Virus record (IMG/VR): IMGVR_UViG_3300006098_000001
Source: a virus
Strand: one strand, 5' to 3'
DNA: 64,000 nucleotides
Made by a program: the position numbers and the translations under genes. Below the pieces are notes generated by a model that was given only the letters and a program-made list of their open reading frames with translations, ran no database searches and was not told the origin of the DNA. Positions 27,839 to 38,304 of this stretch are shown piece by piece (within the stretch, counting starts at the first letter, position 1; each line of letters starts with the position of its first letter).

Positions 27839-29470
27839 TTGACGCAACCAATACTAAATCAGGCGTCTAATTACGATGCGAAGAACTCATATACATTCAC
27901 ATTTACGTATTTGGGCGCAGAGCATACGACAACGAATACATTATCAATTCGTGAAGATGGTCCAGGAACAAAACCTGTCTACGAAAAGGATCAAGTGTCG
28001 CTAGATAAAAACCACATTTTACCAGCAAAAACTCTGAACAATGGTACGGCATATCTAGCAAAAGTTCGCGTTAAACTCAAAGATGGCTATTCTGAGTGGT
28101 CACCAGAGATTAAATTTACGTGTTATACAACACCACGAATTCTATTTGATACGATTGACCAACATCAATTTATCTATACGAATGATGTATTAATGTCGGC
28201 TATTTATACGCAAGCACAAAATGAGCCTGTTACGTCATATCAATATACTCTTTACGATCAAAGACATGTTGCTTTAGTTAAATATCCAATTCGGAAGCCG
28301 GAAAGAAATTCTCCAACAAGATTTTCAGAACGTGTTTCAAATATAAAAAAAGGTAAATTATATTACATTGGATTGAAGGTAGTAACAGAGCACGGAATTA
28401 TTTATGAGCAACTTCAAGAATTTACCGCTCAATATATCACGCCATCTGTATCGGGTATTATTCAGCCAACAATGAATAAAGATGACGGACAAATAGTTGT
28501 TGACCTTTTCCTAAAACAATTGTTAGGAACGTCAGCTCGTGCTTACATTCCTCATCGTAAAAATGATAATGCTGATAACTATACATATTGGAAAGATGAT
28601 TATGTCTTTGTCCCAAAAGAAAACCCTTTGATTTATACCAAGTTAGCGATGGCGAAAGCGAGTGATTGGATCGGAAAGTTCTGGGTAATGAATGTTCAGA
28701 ATGGATTATTCCTAGACTTCTCGCCAGCCGAAGATAGAGGACAGCATATAAAGTTCTATAAACATGATGATTATATTACCTGTGAAAAAGAATTTGGACA
28801 GATTAAATCCAGAACACGGTCTAATGTAATTAAGGATTTAAAACTGCGTCCTTTCTATATGTTTGTATATGTTAAGGAATATCGAGTTGAAATAAAGATA
28901 GTTCCTGATCAGACATTCAAAGATGATGATTGGAATGAAGAGTTATCCAAAGAAGAATTGTCTCAGTACGGTGAAATAACTAAAGAAACTCAACAAATGA
29001 TAGATGCAGCAGAAGCGAAAATTAACGCTGCAAGACAAAGGCTTCAACAAATCCACGATGAACATTGGCAACAATACATCACCAAGGTAGAGCAAGCAAT
29101 ATCAGACGCTAGAGCACGTATTTTAGGGCAAAATGAACTACGCGATCGAGTGATGGAAATTGACGACCAATATTGGGACTACTTTGAAAATACTGAAATG
29201 GTCAACTACTGGAAAGAATTAGCAAAGGCGGAACGTGAGTCCGAAGCCAAGTATGAAATCTATCGTACCGAATATGAGCAAAGAATTAATGAAACTTTAT
29301 CAGAAATTAAAAGTGGTGCTATGACGCTTGATGATGGACGTTTGAAGTTAACTCAATATAGCCTTGTGTATAGCTTTATTTTACGTGAAGTCATTGATTT
29401 TAACGATACGAAGCTAACATTAGATGGACTTCAAGAGCTCTACGATGAATATTTACAAAAATATAAATAG
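27839..29470 (+). CDS. tail-tip/baseplate protein with a C-terminal coiled-coil
   Basis: TTG at 27839 lies 9 nt after AAAGGAG. The ORF-track start at 27776 falls inside the hairpin repeat. Confidence 0.35.
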   Translation: MTQPILNQASNYDAKNSYTFTFTYLGAEHTTTNTLSIREDGPGTKPVYEKDQVSLDKNHILPAKTLNNGTAYLAKVRVKLKDGYSEWSPEIKFTCYTTPRILFDTIDQHQFIYTNDVLMSAIYTQAQNEPVTSYQYTLYDQRHVALVKYPIRKPERNSPTRFSERVSNIKKGKLYYIGLKVVTEHGIIYEQLQEFTAQYITPSVSGIIQPTMNKDDGQIVVDLFLKQLLGTSARAYIPHRKNDNADNYTYWKDDYVFVPKENPLIYTKLAMAKASDWIGKFWVMNVQNGLFLDFSPAEDRGQHIKFYKHDDYITCEKEFGQIKSRTRSNVIKDLKLRPFYMFVYVKEYRVEIKIVPDQTFKDDDWNEELSKEELSQYGEITKETQQMIDAAEAKINAARQRLQQIHDEHWQQYITKVEQAISDARARILGQNELRDRVMEIDDQYWDYFENTEMVNYWKELAKAERESEAKYEIYRTEYEQRINETLSEIKSGAMTLDDGRLKLTQYSLVYSFILREVIDFNDTKLTLDGLQELYDEYLQKYK

Positions 29471-29487
29471 TAAAGAGGTGAGAGTTT

Positions 29488-30528
29488 TTGATTATAGGTG
29501 TCGATTATTTTAATTATGGATTTGACCAACAATTTTATGATACTCCTATTCCAACTTCTGAGATTGACGAGGTTATGATGGGGGCCGGAATGTATGATGA
29601 AATGTTCATTAGTGTGGATACAACTTTAGATGATTCACAAACCAAACCAGCTCAATGGAATCTGAAAACTATTATGGACGCTAAGTTCAATAATTCTCTT
29701 GAAGCTGGGAGTATTGACGGAGCTGGTCATATTGTCACCAAAATACAATGTTATCGTCGAGAATACATGAGCACGAATACGGATTGGCAATTAGTAGCGC
29801 AATTTGATTATGATGACCATTATAACCTTTATACGGTAGTTGATAGATTCATTGAAAATGGCAAAACATATGAATATGCAGTTGTTCCATTAGCCAATGA
29901 AATTCAAGGTGACTTACAAGTTGGCCCACCAATTGATAGCAAGTTTTATGGCTCCTTTATTTCTAATCTAGGTTCGAATTATTCAATGAACATCGACTTC
30001 AAGTTCTCGGATTTAGTTTGGAATTCTAACACGAGTACCAGTGTGCCGCTTAATGGTCAATATCCAATAGTGACGTTTGGAAATGCAAACTATCGAACTG
30101 GTACAGTTTCGTTCTTACCACTTACTCCGCAACAAGAATTTGGTTATGAAAACGAAATTGATCCACACGCCGAATACATTAATAGAACTAATGTTATTGA
30201 CTTCCTTAATGATGGACAAACAAAGGTAATTCGTCGTGAAGATGGAGATATTATTGTTTGTGCAACACATAATATTAAAACTACTCCGAAAGATGAAAGT
30301 CTTGAAGCTATTTCTACGGTAACATTTGATTTCACTGAAATAGGTAAATTAGATTACAACACCATGGAAAAAGCGGGATTAATTGCTGATGCAGGTAAAT
30401 CTGTCTACACATACGATGAAGATGGGAATATTAAGTGGAATCAGGAATATATTGCTGAAGATGGTTCTATTCAATCTAGAACTAGATATAGAAATTCATT
30501 CTTATATGAACGAGACAATTTAAAGTAA
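29488..30528 (+). CDS. distal tail protein (Dit)-like
   Basis: TTG follows AAAGAGGTGAG. The call rests on position and size (346 aa), upstream of the Tal-like gene. Confidence 0.35.
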   Translation: MIIGVDYFNYGFDQQFYDTPIPTSEIDEVMMGAGMYDEMFISVDTTLDDSQTKPAQWNLKTIMDAKFNNSLEAGSIDGAGHIVTKIQCYRREYMSTNTDWQLVAQFDYDDHYNLYTVVDRFIENGKTYEYAVVPLANEIQGDLQVGPPIDSKFYGSFISNLGSNYSMNIDFKFSDLVWNSNTSTSVPLNGQYPIVTFGNANYRTGTVSFLPLTPQQEFGYENEIDPHAEYINRTNVIDFLNDGQTKVIRREDGDIIVCATHNIKTTPKDESLEAISTVTFDFTEIGKLDYNTMEKAGLIADAGKSVYTYDEDGNIKWNQEYIAEDGSIQSRTRYRNSFLYERDNLK

Positions 30529-30540
30529 GAGGGATAAAGT

Positions 30541-32637
30541 ATGCCACTGAAATACAAAAAGCCCAATTACAATGAAACGTTATCGAATATTGTAAATGGA
30601 CTTGAAGAAAAAGTAAGTGGTCGAGCAGCAAGTGTTTTACGACAACCAATTCGCAACCTTCAAACAACTATTCAAGTGTTGGATAATGATGGCTCCATAA
30701 TTGATACTATTACTGGAAAAACAACTGGTGGAACTATTAATTATGATGCAACTTCATTGATACGACGAACGGGAACTTTGAAGATGGTTGTTGATCCTTC
30801 ATATATGCCAAACAACAAAAGTGTTTTTTGGTTCGATAAGAAGTTTAGAGTCTATCAAGGAGTTGTTGATTTATCTCGTTTCCCCAGAGAGGCAGTTAAC
30901 TTTTTGCTAGGAACGTTTTGGGTTAACGAATCCTCTCTACGTTTTGATAAAACAACACGTGAAATATCAGTTACATTAGCTGACAAAATGACCTTATGGG
31001 ACGGCCAAGGACTAGAAAATAAACTCAAAATAAAGCGTGGAACTCCTATGAGTGATGCTATTAGGGGAATCATGGAATTAGTGGGAGAAACAGATTTTGG
31101 GTATATGTACACCAGTAATGGTGAAGAAATACTTCAGTACGATTACGAAAAGGAACCGGGAACTTCAATCAATGATATCATTGAAGACTTTCGTGATATG
31201 TACATGGATTTTATCTGTGGATATAATTCTCTTGGTCAATTTGAGTATCGGAAGTTGCCTATTCAAAAGGAAGAAGAAATTCCTAAGCCTAAATGGGAAT
31301 TTGATGCAACTTCACAAGATAGAGCAGATCTCACCTTATCATTTCAAGAAAGCTACGACTTAAAGAATGTTAAGAACAGATTTGTTGTTATTGGGTCCAC
31401 ATCAACCAAAACAGGCTATACACCTAAAGGTTCAGTAAAAATTACTGATACAAATAGCGAGTTTAATATAGATGCTATCGGAACTAGAACAAAAGTTATC
31501 CAAAATAGTGATCTAACAAATGATCTACAGTGTGTATCTCAAGCACGATATGAAATGTGGAAAGCTGCACACTTCCAAGAAAAAGTAAGCATTGATGTTT
31601 CTCCAGTTTACTTCTTGCAACCCAATGATATTATTCTGGTCACCAATCCTGTAACAAAAAAAGTATATCAGTACATGATTGATACTATTCAAATTGACTT
31701 AGCTGTCGATGGAATTATGTCAATTGACGCTCATAAAATGTACTTTGTTAAGCCGGATTATGGTGAGGCAGATATGCCAATTGTGGCGGCTATCAAAAAT
31801 GGTATCAATAAATTAGGCTGGTTGTCACTTCCAGAAGAAAGAATTAAGGATACGTATGGTATTTCCGCCGATGGAAAGAATTACTTGAGTATACGATTCG
31901 TCGTTGATGAAGAAGGTGGATGGCAAGCAGAAACAACTGCGTATAACACTTCCAGAAATCAAACACTAGAAATCGACCTTCGAGATTTTGAAAAGCTCAA
32001 TCTTAAGGATGAAAATGGTGACGTTGGTAGATCTAAAGGTGATTATGCAGATCGTGTACTCGGACATGAAATGTTTCATGCAGTATGTAACGATTTCTAT
32101 GGTGCTGTTAAAACGATGGATATGCCTGTGTGGTTCAAAGAAGGCTTTGCGGAATTGCTTCATGGTGGAAAAGATCGTTATGTAACGATAACGGGATTTG
32201 AAAACAGGGAAGCTAAGAAGCAAGCATTAATTAAGCGAGCTAGAAACCAACTAAACGGAACATGGGAGAGTACATCAGATGACTATGTAGCCGCGTATCT
32301 TATTGCTTGTGCTATGTATTATTTGGCTGGAGACTTAAAAGGTATTCATGACATGTTTCAGCGACTAGAAAAAGAAAGTAACTTAAATTTGAACTTTCTG
32401 TACAAAGCATTACCTATTACTGAATCGGCAGGTCAAATCTTCGATAAGGTAATTGATGAAATGCAAAAGATGCCAATTTGGGATTTCTTAAATGACCCCA
32501 CAGATGTAGACACATGTTCTATTGGTGGAAATCATATGCTTAATCTATATGGCAGACCGCTTAGTCCAGAAGATGTGTTTAACAATCAGACGGCAACAAC
32601 TGATTCATTAGGATTCAAAATTAAGTTTGACGAGTAG
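30541..32637 (+). CDS. tail-associated (Tal-like) protein with a C-terminal HExxH metallopeptidase domain
   Basis: VLGHEMFHAV followed 20 aa later by WFKEGFAE, a gluzincin/MA-clan pattern. Confidence 0.5.
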   Translation: MPLKYKKPNYNETLSNIVNGLEEKVSGRAASVLRQPIRNLQTTIQVLDNDGSIIDTITGKTTGGTINYDATSLIRRTGTLKMVVDPSYMPNNKSVFWFDKKFRVYQGVVDLSRFPREAVNFLLGTFWVNESSLRFDKTTREISVTLADKMTLWDGQGLENKLKIKRGTPMSDAIRGIMELVGETDFGYMYTSNGEEILQYDYEKEPGTSINDIIEDFRDMYMDFICGYNSLGQFEYRKLPIQKEEEIPKPKWEFDATSQDRADLTLSFQESYDLKNVKNRFVVIGSTSTKTGYTPKGSVKITDTNSEFNIDAIGTRTKVIQNSDLTNDLQCVSQARYEMWKAAHFQEKVSIDVSPVYFLQPNDIILVTNPVTKKVYQYMIDTIQIDLAVDGIMSIDAHKMYFVKPDYGEADMPIVAAIKNGINKLGWLSLPEERIKDTYGISADGKNYLSIRFVVDEEGGWQAETTAYNTSRNQTLEIDLRDFEKLNLKDENGDVGRSKGDYADRVLGHEMFHAVCNDFYGAVKTMDMPVWFKEGFAELLHGGKDRYVTITGFENREAKKQALIKRARNQLNGTWESTSDDYVAAYLIACAMYYLAGDLKGIHDMFQRLEKESNLNLNFLYKALPITESAGQIFDKVIDEMQKMPIWDFLNDPTDVDTCSIGGNHMLNLYGRPLSPEDVFNNQTATTDSLGFKIKFDE

Positions 32638-32684
32638 ATTTTATTGAGGAGGACATTAATACATATGAGAGGAAGTTGTATTAA

Positions 32685-33419
32685 ATGTCGAGATCTACTT
32701 TTCCGCAAAAGATAGATGTATTTAGAGAATTATTTGATCTTCCGGCAAATCAAGTTGCAAATGCACTAGAATTGCAGAGATTAAAACAAAAGACAACACT
32801 AACAAATGATGAACAAAACCAAATTTCCGCATTAAGCGCCCAACTACAAGATTATATGATTACGCCTGAAACCATGAATAAACTTCAGGACGCAATTGTA
32901 GAAATCGAAACATTCTTTGATGGGAATGTAAGAAAGTACATCCTTGAAAAGCAGAAAGAATGGGATACCTATGTCAATGATTTTGATTATATAGGCGAAT
33001 GGGACGCAACGAAGAAATTTAAGAAACATAATCTTATAACATATCAAGGTGCATTATATATTGTTACAAAAGATGTGGTAGCGGATAGGCAACATACACC
33101 AGATAATGATTCCGATCATTATCGGCCTGCATCTAGTAAGGGTGACAAAGGTGATATAGGATTAAATGCTATTTTTAAGGGTGAATGGAATGGAGCAACT
33201 AGCTATAAGGCTGGTGATGCCGTGTCTGTTCGTGAAGGTCAAAGTTGGCGCCCATTAGATTTAGTATTTATTGCTAAAAAAGATAATCAAGGTCAAAAGC
33301 CAACAATAGGCGCTGCAAGCGATTATTGGTTCCCATATCATAATTTAATTGTTGTTCCTAAAGAATATGCTAACTATAAATTTCATCCAGATATTCATCG
33401 AATCCAGATAGTTGATTAG
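32685..33419 (+). CDS. baseplate protein with two CBM5/12-like repeats
   Basis: W..(8-10)..Y..GD.V...G..W-type units are present (EWNGATSYKAGDAVSVREGQSW...DYW). Confidence 0.4.
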   Translation: MSRSTFPQKIDVFRELFDLPANQVANALELQRLKQKTTLTNDEQNQISALSAQLQDYMITPETMNKLQDAIVEIETFFDGNVRKYILEKQKEWDTYVNDFDYIGEWDATKKFKKHNLITYQGALYIVTKDVVADRQHTPDNDSDHYRPASSKGDKGDIGLNAIFKGEWNGATSYKAGDAVSVREGQSWRPLDLVFIAKKDNQGQKPTIGAASDYWFPYHNLIVVPKEYANYKFHPDIHRIQIVD

Positions 33420-33429
33420 AGGTGGGAGA

Positions 33430-33819
33430 ATGGAAGTTAGCGAACAACAAAAAGGATTATTAGAAGCCATGCGAACAATAGCTCAGCATGAAGCACAACG
33501 TAATTCAGGACCACAGTTTCAAACAGGTGTCGTGGTGGAAGATCCTGCTGGATATAAATGTATTGTCAGAGTGAATGATACCGAAAAAACATGTACTTTG
33601 CCAGAACATTTGCATGATTGGGTAAGCAAAGACGATATAGTTCAAATTTGCGATATGTATGGAAATGGTGCTGAGCTAATTGTCACTGGATCTTCTGGAT
33701 CAACAAGAAAGAAAACATTGGTTGTTAACGATGAAGATAAAGATAAGTTAACTGGTGGCGTTACTAAATTTGCAGATGATAGTGGAAATTTAACCGATAA
33801 TACACTAACGCTAGAGTAG
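33430..33819 (+). CDS. hypothetical baseplate-region protein
   Basis: ATG 33430 follows GAGGTGGGAG. Confidence 0.4.
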   Translation: MEVSEQQKGLLEAMRTIAQHEAQRNSGPQFQTGVVVEDPAGYKCIVRVNDTEKTCTLPEHLHDWVSKDDIVQICDMYGNGAELIVTGSSGSTRKKTLVVNDEDKDKLTGGVTKFADDSGNLTDNTLTLE

Positions 33820-33833
33820 AGAGAAGGTATTAA

Positions 33834-35189
33834 ATGGCTGTAAAGAGAGCAAAATATTTAGTTGCAGATGATGAATATCATTTCGTAACGGACGACAAGG
33901 CTCTTAGAGTCCTAGATTCAAATAATAATGAAATTGGAACGTTTAGAGAATTAGGCTTTGAGGGAAAGCTAATCACAAGCGGTGATTATAGAGACATAAA
34001 ACATACTGGAGTATACCGAATCAAAGGAGTAGGAGGTTTACCCGGAAACATTCCAGGAGACAAGGAATCCATTCTGACAGTTACATCGATTGGTGATCAG
34101 GGTAATCCAGAATTAACCTTTTATAAGGTAATTAGTCCTAACGGAGTAATTTTAGAAAATACTGTCTCACGGAGTAATCAGTCTGGATGGGGATCTGGTG
34201 GTGTTGATTTACGAAATACCATTACAAGTATTAACAATATTATTGGTGATATTTCAAAACTTCAGACAGATTCCAAGAATATGACTGGGGCAATTAATGA
34301 GTTAAATTCCAAAATAAATAATGTATCTGGCAACTCGCAAAGTGGGTTGGAAGACTTAAAAAAAGATAGTAACAATAGATATTTGTTCAAATGGGGAGAT
34401 ACAGTCAACGGTGACCTTTCAGTTAAGTTTGGGGCAAAATACAAACTTCGAGGTAAGAATGGTCACGACTACAATTTAGCTTCTATTGACGATAACAATA
34501 ATATCCATATTGGCGATGCAGATACCAATTTACAGTTTTGGGGTAATGATAATCCTACTTTTAATGGTAAAAAGATATTCACAGAAGCTAATGTAGGTAG
34601 TGGATCGGGGTTAGATGCTGATAAGCTTGATGGAATTGATAGTTCAGGTTTCTTAAAGACTAATAGCGATGATACTAAATATAGTGGTCTTCGCATGGAT
34701 AAACGGAACATTCACTTCAATATCAAAGATGGCGAAAATACAGAAACAGGCTTAGTTTTTGATAAGAATAATAAGTGGACTGCTAAAGTTGTTGCAACCG
34801 ATATTGGTGATGTCCATATTCAAACAGGTGGTAAAGAGTATAAATATCCTCCATTTACGTTCAATCAAGATCGTAATTTTGTTCAATATGGTGGTATGCA
34901 CGTTATTCGAGCCAATGAGCCACAAATTAATTTTCAGACATTTGATGAAAAAACTGGAAACTTTGATAAAGGAGTAGGGTTTTTCAAGCCAACATGGGAT
35001 CAAGGATCATTAGCTGTTGGTAACTGGAATACTAGTGAGGTTGTTGCGCAATTTGCCGTTGGTACTAATCATGAAGCGGTTAAGCTCAATCATTCTCCTT
35101 ATATTGGTGATCATAATAGACGGTTATTCTTGCAAGACGAACAGCCTAGTGGTGACGTTCCCGTAGGATCTGTTTGGATTGGTATTTAG
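33834..35189 (+). CDS. tail fibre protein
   Basis: Fibre motifs are present: AINELNSKI and GSGSGLDADKLDGIDSSGF. Confidence 0.55.
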   Translation: MAVKRAKYLVADDEYHFVTDDKALRVLDSNNNEIGTFRELGFEGKLITSGDYRDIKHTGVYRIKGVGGLPGNIPGDKESILTVTSIGDQGNPELTFYKVISPNGVILENTVSRSNQSGWGSGGVDLRNTITSINNIIGDISKLQTDSKNMTGAINELNSKINNVSGNSQSGLEDLKKDSNNRYLFKWGDTVNGDLSVKFGAKYKLRGKNGHDYNLASIDDNNNIHIGDADTNLQFWGNDNPTFNGKKIFTEANVGSGSGLDADKLDGIDSSGFLKTNSDDTKYSGLRMDKRNIHFNIKDGENTETGLVFDKNNKWTAKVVATDIGDVHIQTGGKEYKYPPFTFNQDRNFVQYGGMHVIRANEPQINFQTFDEKTGNFDKGVGFFKPTWDQGSLAVGNWNTSEVVAQFAVGTNHEAVKLNHSPYIGDHNRRLFLQDEQPSGDVPVGSVWIGI

Positions 35190-35200
35190 GAGGTGAACAT

Positions 35201-35890
35201 ATGCCATTTGTAAATTATAGAGGAGCCAATGGAGAATGGATCAAACTTGGCGGTGGCAATGTTCGCGTTTCTAATGGACATAATTGGATTCCTCCCAGAG
35301 CAAAAATTTGGACTGGGAGTGAATGGAAAAATTTACTTGAAGACCGTCATGTAGATACATGGGAAGCGACTGCATCGGAAGGCTATTGGGGACCAACAAA
35401 AGGGAATCTTGCTCATACTCATTATAATTCCTTAGTTCGTCATGACAGATTATGTCAAGGAAATTATCTTCCATATCATGACTCTTTCATTGGGCGTAAT
35501 GGTAAAGAAGGCGGAATGTTTTGGGTAGATATAGATAATATGAGAAATGCTCTACAAGGTAGCCGTATAGAAAAGGTCGAGGTATATATGCATGTTTTAC
35601 ACTCAGGGTATAGATCGGGTACACAGCTAACGATTGGAACCCACAACACTAGAGGGTGGCAAGATAGATTTAGCCAGATTAATTATGGAGTAGCGTCTGC
35701 GCGTTATTATGGTCAAGATCAGGGACAATGGATTACGGTTCCTACTTGGGTTGGTAATGATCTTAGAGATGGTAAGATATGTGGCTTTACGACCTTCGAC
35801 AATCAACCAGATCTATGGCATTATTGCTATATTGCTGGAATATGGGATGGCTGGAAAAAGCCAAAGATTCGTATTACCTACTGGAAGTAA
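35201..35890 (+). CDS. hypothetical fibre-associated protein
   Basis: ATG 35201 follows AGGAGGTG. Confidence 0.4.
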   Translation: MPFVNYRGANGEWIKLGGGNVRVSNGHNWIPPRAKIWTGSEWKNLLEDRHVDTWEATASEGYWGPTKGNLAHTHYNSLVRHDRLCQGNYLPYHDSFIGRNGKEGGMFWVDIDNMRNALQGSRIEKVEVYMHVLHSGYRSGTQLTIGTHNTRGWQDRFSQINYGVASARYYGQDQGQWITVPTWVGNDLRDGKICGFTTFDNQPDLWHYCYIAGIWDGWKKPKIRITYWK

Positions 35891-36006
35891 CAATTGAATA
35901 ATCAGATTCTTATTTTTTAACACAAAATAGTAAGCGCTTACTAAAAACTGAGGAGGAAACTTCATTAAGGAGGACAAAATAAAACACTCGAAAGGAGCAA
36001 TTTATT

Positions 36007-37302
36007 TTGTTCAAGAAGTTTCTAAAGAAAGCTGCTTTAACAGTAGCAGTATTAGGATTGACTATACCTGTGACGACAGGTGTTGTTAATGTAACAAATC
36101 ATGACAATGTGGCATATGCTGCTAAGGGAGACCATGGCCCCGACTGGTCGAAATATCAGGGCGCAAATGGCATTTTCGGTTATCCAGACGATAAGTTCGC
36201 TATTATTCAAATGGGTGGAACTACAAGTGGATGGAACCTTTACGACCAATGGACTTATGGCTCACAAGTTTCTAGTGCAATTGCACAAGGAAAACGGGCC
36301 CATAACTATATTTGGTGGCAAAACGTTACTACTAATCAACAGGCAGACCAAGTATTAAATTACTTTCTGCCTAAGGTGCAGACACCGAGAGGCTCAATTA
36401 TCGCTCTGGACGTTGAGTCAGGCTACCAGAGTACCCAGGCAATTGATTACGCTTGTCAACGAATTAAAGACGCAGGTTTTACGCCAATGGTTTACGGTTA
36501 CAAGAATTATCTTGTGAATAACACAGATCTTCATTATCTAGCAAGCAAGTATCAACTGTGGCTGGCAGAGTATCCAAACTATGCCGTAACTAGAGAACCA
36601 AACTATAACTTCTTCCCTAGTTTTGAGAATATTGGCCTTTTCCAATACACCTCAACTGCAATTGCTGGTGGTCTTGATCGGAATATTGACCTTACTGGTA
36701 TTACCGATAATGGTTACGTCAATGGAAATTCACAAAAGCCAAAGACTGAAACTCCGGCAACTGAACAAGGCAAGCAAATTCATAAGGACACTCATAACTA
36801 CACTGTAAAGCCAAATGATAGCTGGTGGGCAATAGCAAATCGTTATGGCATGGAAATGAACGCTTTAGCACAACTGAATGGCAAGACCATCAATGATGTA
36901 ATTCACCCAGGTCAAGTTATTCGTGTTGCTGATAAAGGAGATGGTCAATCTGTTTCAAACAAGGTTAACACCACCCCCGCACAACCATCAAATAATACTC
37001 AATACTACACTGTACAACCAAATGATACGCTCTCAGGTATCGCTACAAAATTTGGGACAACATATCAATCAATCGCATTCCTTAACAGAATTGATAATCC
37101 AAATTGGATTTATCCTGGTCAGCGACTAAAAATTAATAGGGCGACTCAAAATAACAGTTCTAACAGAGTACACTATGTGCGTTACGGTGAAACACTAAGC
37201 GGCTTGAGTTATTCTCTTGGAGTTAATTACCAGACACTGTTAAGCAAAAATAATATAGCTAATCCTAATTTTATTCGTGTAGGTCAGGCCATTTACTACT
37301 AA
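36007..37302 (+). CDS. endolysin: Sec-type signal peptide, GH25 muramidase and 3 LysM domains
   Basis: MFKKFLKKAALTVAVLGLTIPV...AYA signal. GH25 motifs DWSKYQG, ALDVES and LWLAEY. Three LysM repeats are present. Confidence 0.8.
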   Translation: MFKKFLKKAALTVAVLGLTIPVTTGVVNVTNHDNVAYAAKGDHGPDWSKYQGANGIFGYPDDKFAIIQMGGTTSGWNLYDQWTYGSQVSSAIAQGKRAHNYIWWQNVTTNQQADQVLNYFLPKVQTPRGSIIALDVESGYQSTQAIDYACQRIKDAGFTPMVYGYKNYLVNNTDLHYLASKYQLWLAEYPNYAVTREPNYNFFPSFENIGLFQYTSTAIAGGLDRNIDLTGITDNGYVNGNSQKPKTETPATEQGKQIHKDTHNYTVKPNDSWWAIANRYGMEMNALAQLNGKTINDVIHPGQVIRVADKGDGQSVSNKVNTTPAQPSNNTQYYTVQPNDTLSGIATKFGTTYQSIAFLNRIDNPNWIYPGQRLKINRATQNNSSNRVHYVRYGETLSGLSYSLGVNYQTLLSKNNIANPNFIRVGQAIYY

Positions 37303-37324
37303 AAGAGATACAAGGAGGAAATTA

Positions 37325-38125
37325 ATGAAAGAAATTTGGAAAGATATAGAAGAATTTGAGGGATATTATCAAATCTCTAATTTGGGACAAGTTAAAAGTA
37401 TGGATAGAGATGTTATTTATAGCAATGGGGTTATTCGACATTACGAAGAAAGAATTAGGACCCCAGTAACAGATAAGAATGGATATTTGATGGTAACGTT
37501 AAATAAAAGTTCTAAAAGTTATCCTAAAAGAGTACATCAGCTTGTTGCCAGAGCGTTTATTCCCAATCCAGATAATTTACCATCAATTAATCATATTGAC
37601 GAAGATAAGACAAACAATCGAGTGGATAATTTAGAATGGTGTTCGGTTTACTATAACAATCATTATAATGGTAGATATGAACGAATAAAGCGCTATCCCA
37701 AGTCGGTTTGCTTGTTTAATGTTGTAAATGGTGAGGTAATAAAAATCGAGTCTATATCTGAGGCTGCTCGTAGGCTGCACGGGTCCGCCGGAAATATTGA
37801 AGAAGTGATAGATGCAAAAGGAAGGACTTTTAAGGGGTGGATGATATTTTCTGAACGCAATTTTAATGGCTTAGCTATTAAACAGAGTTTGGAGGAATAT
37901 AATAAACATCGCCCTAGGGGTATTGTCGTTGAATTTATTGACACCGAAGATAAAAGGTTCTATGCGACCGAAAATGAATTCTGTCACGAATATAATGAGC
38001 ATCCAGGTAGCATAAACACGTATTTAAGAAATAACAGAGATGTATTCAAAAATAAATACGTTATACGATACGCTCTCCCATTTGAGGAGTCTAAATATCA
38101 AAATGGGCAGTTGCTAGATTATTGA
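37325..38125 (+). CDS. free-standing HNH homing endonuclease (NUMOD4 + HNH_3)
   Basis: WKDIEEFEGYYQISNLGQVKS and INHIDEDKTNNRVDNLEW. Confidence 0.8.
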   Translation: MKEIWKDIEEFEGYYQISNLGQVKSMDRDVIYSNGVIRHYEERIRTPVTDKNGYLMVTLNKSSKSYPKRVHQLVARAFIPNPDNLPSINHIDEDKTNNRVDNLEWCSVYYNNHYNGRYERIKRYPKSVCLFNVVNGEVIKIESISEAARRLHGSAGNIEEVIDAKGRTFKGWMIFSERNFNGLAIKQSLEEYNKHRPRGIVVEFIDTEDKRFYATENEFCHEYNEHPGSINTYLRNNRDVFKNKYVIRYALPFEESKYQNGQLLDY

Positions 38126-38304
38126 TCTGGGTCGGCCAAAGAATCGCTGCATAACATATTCGTTTGTAAAACATGGGTTTTATAAACTTTAGGGAATGTG
38201 TAGACTCAATGTCTACGCATTTTCATACATAAATATATTTATACTAATCCACCGATTGGTAATTAAGGAGGAAAAATTAATTACTCATGAGGTGAAATAA
38301 AGAT

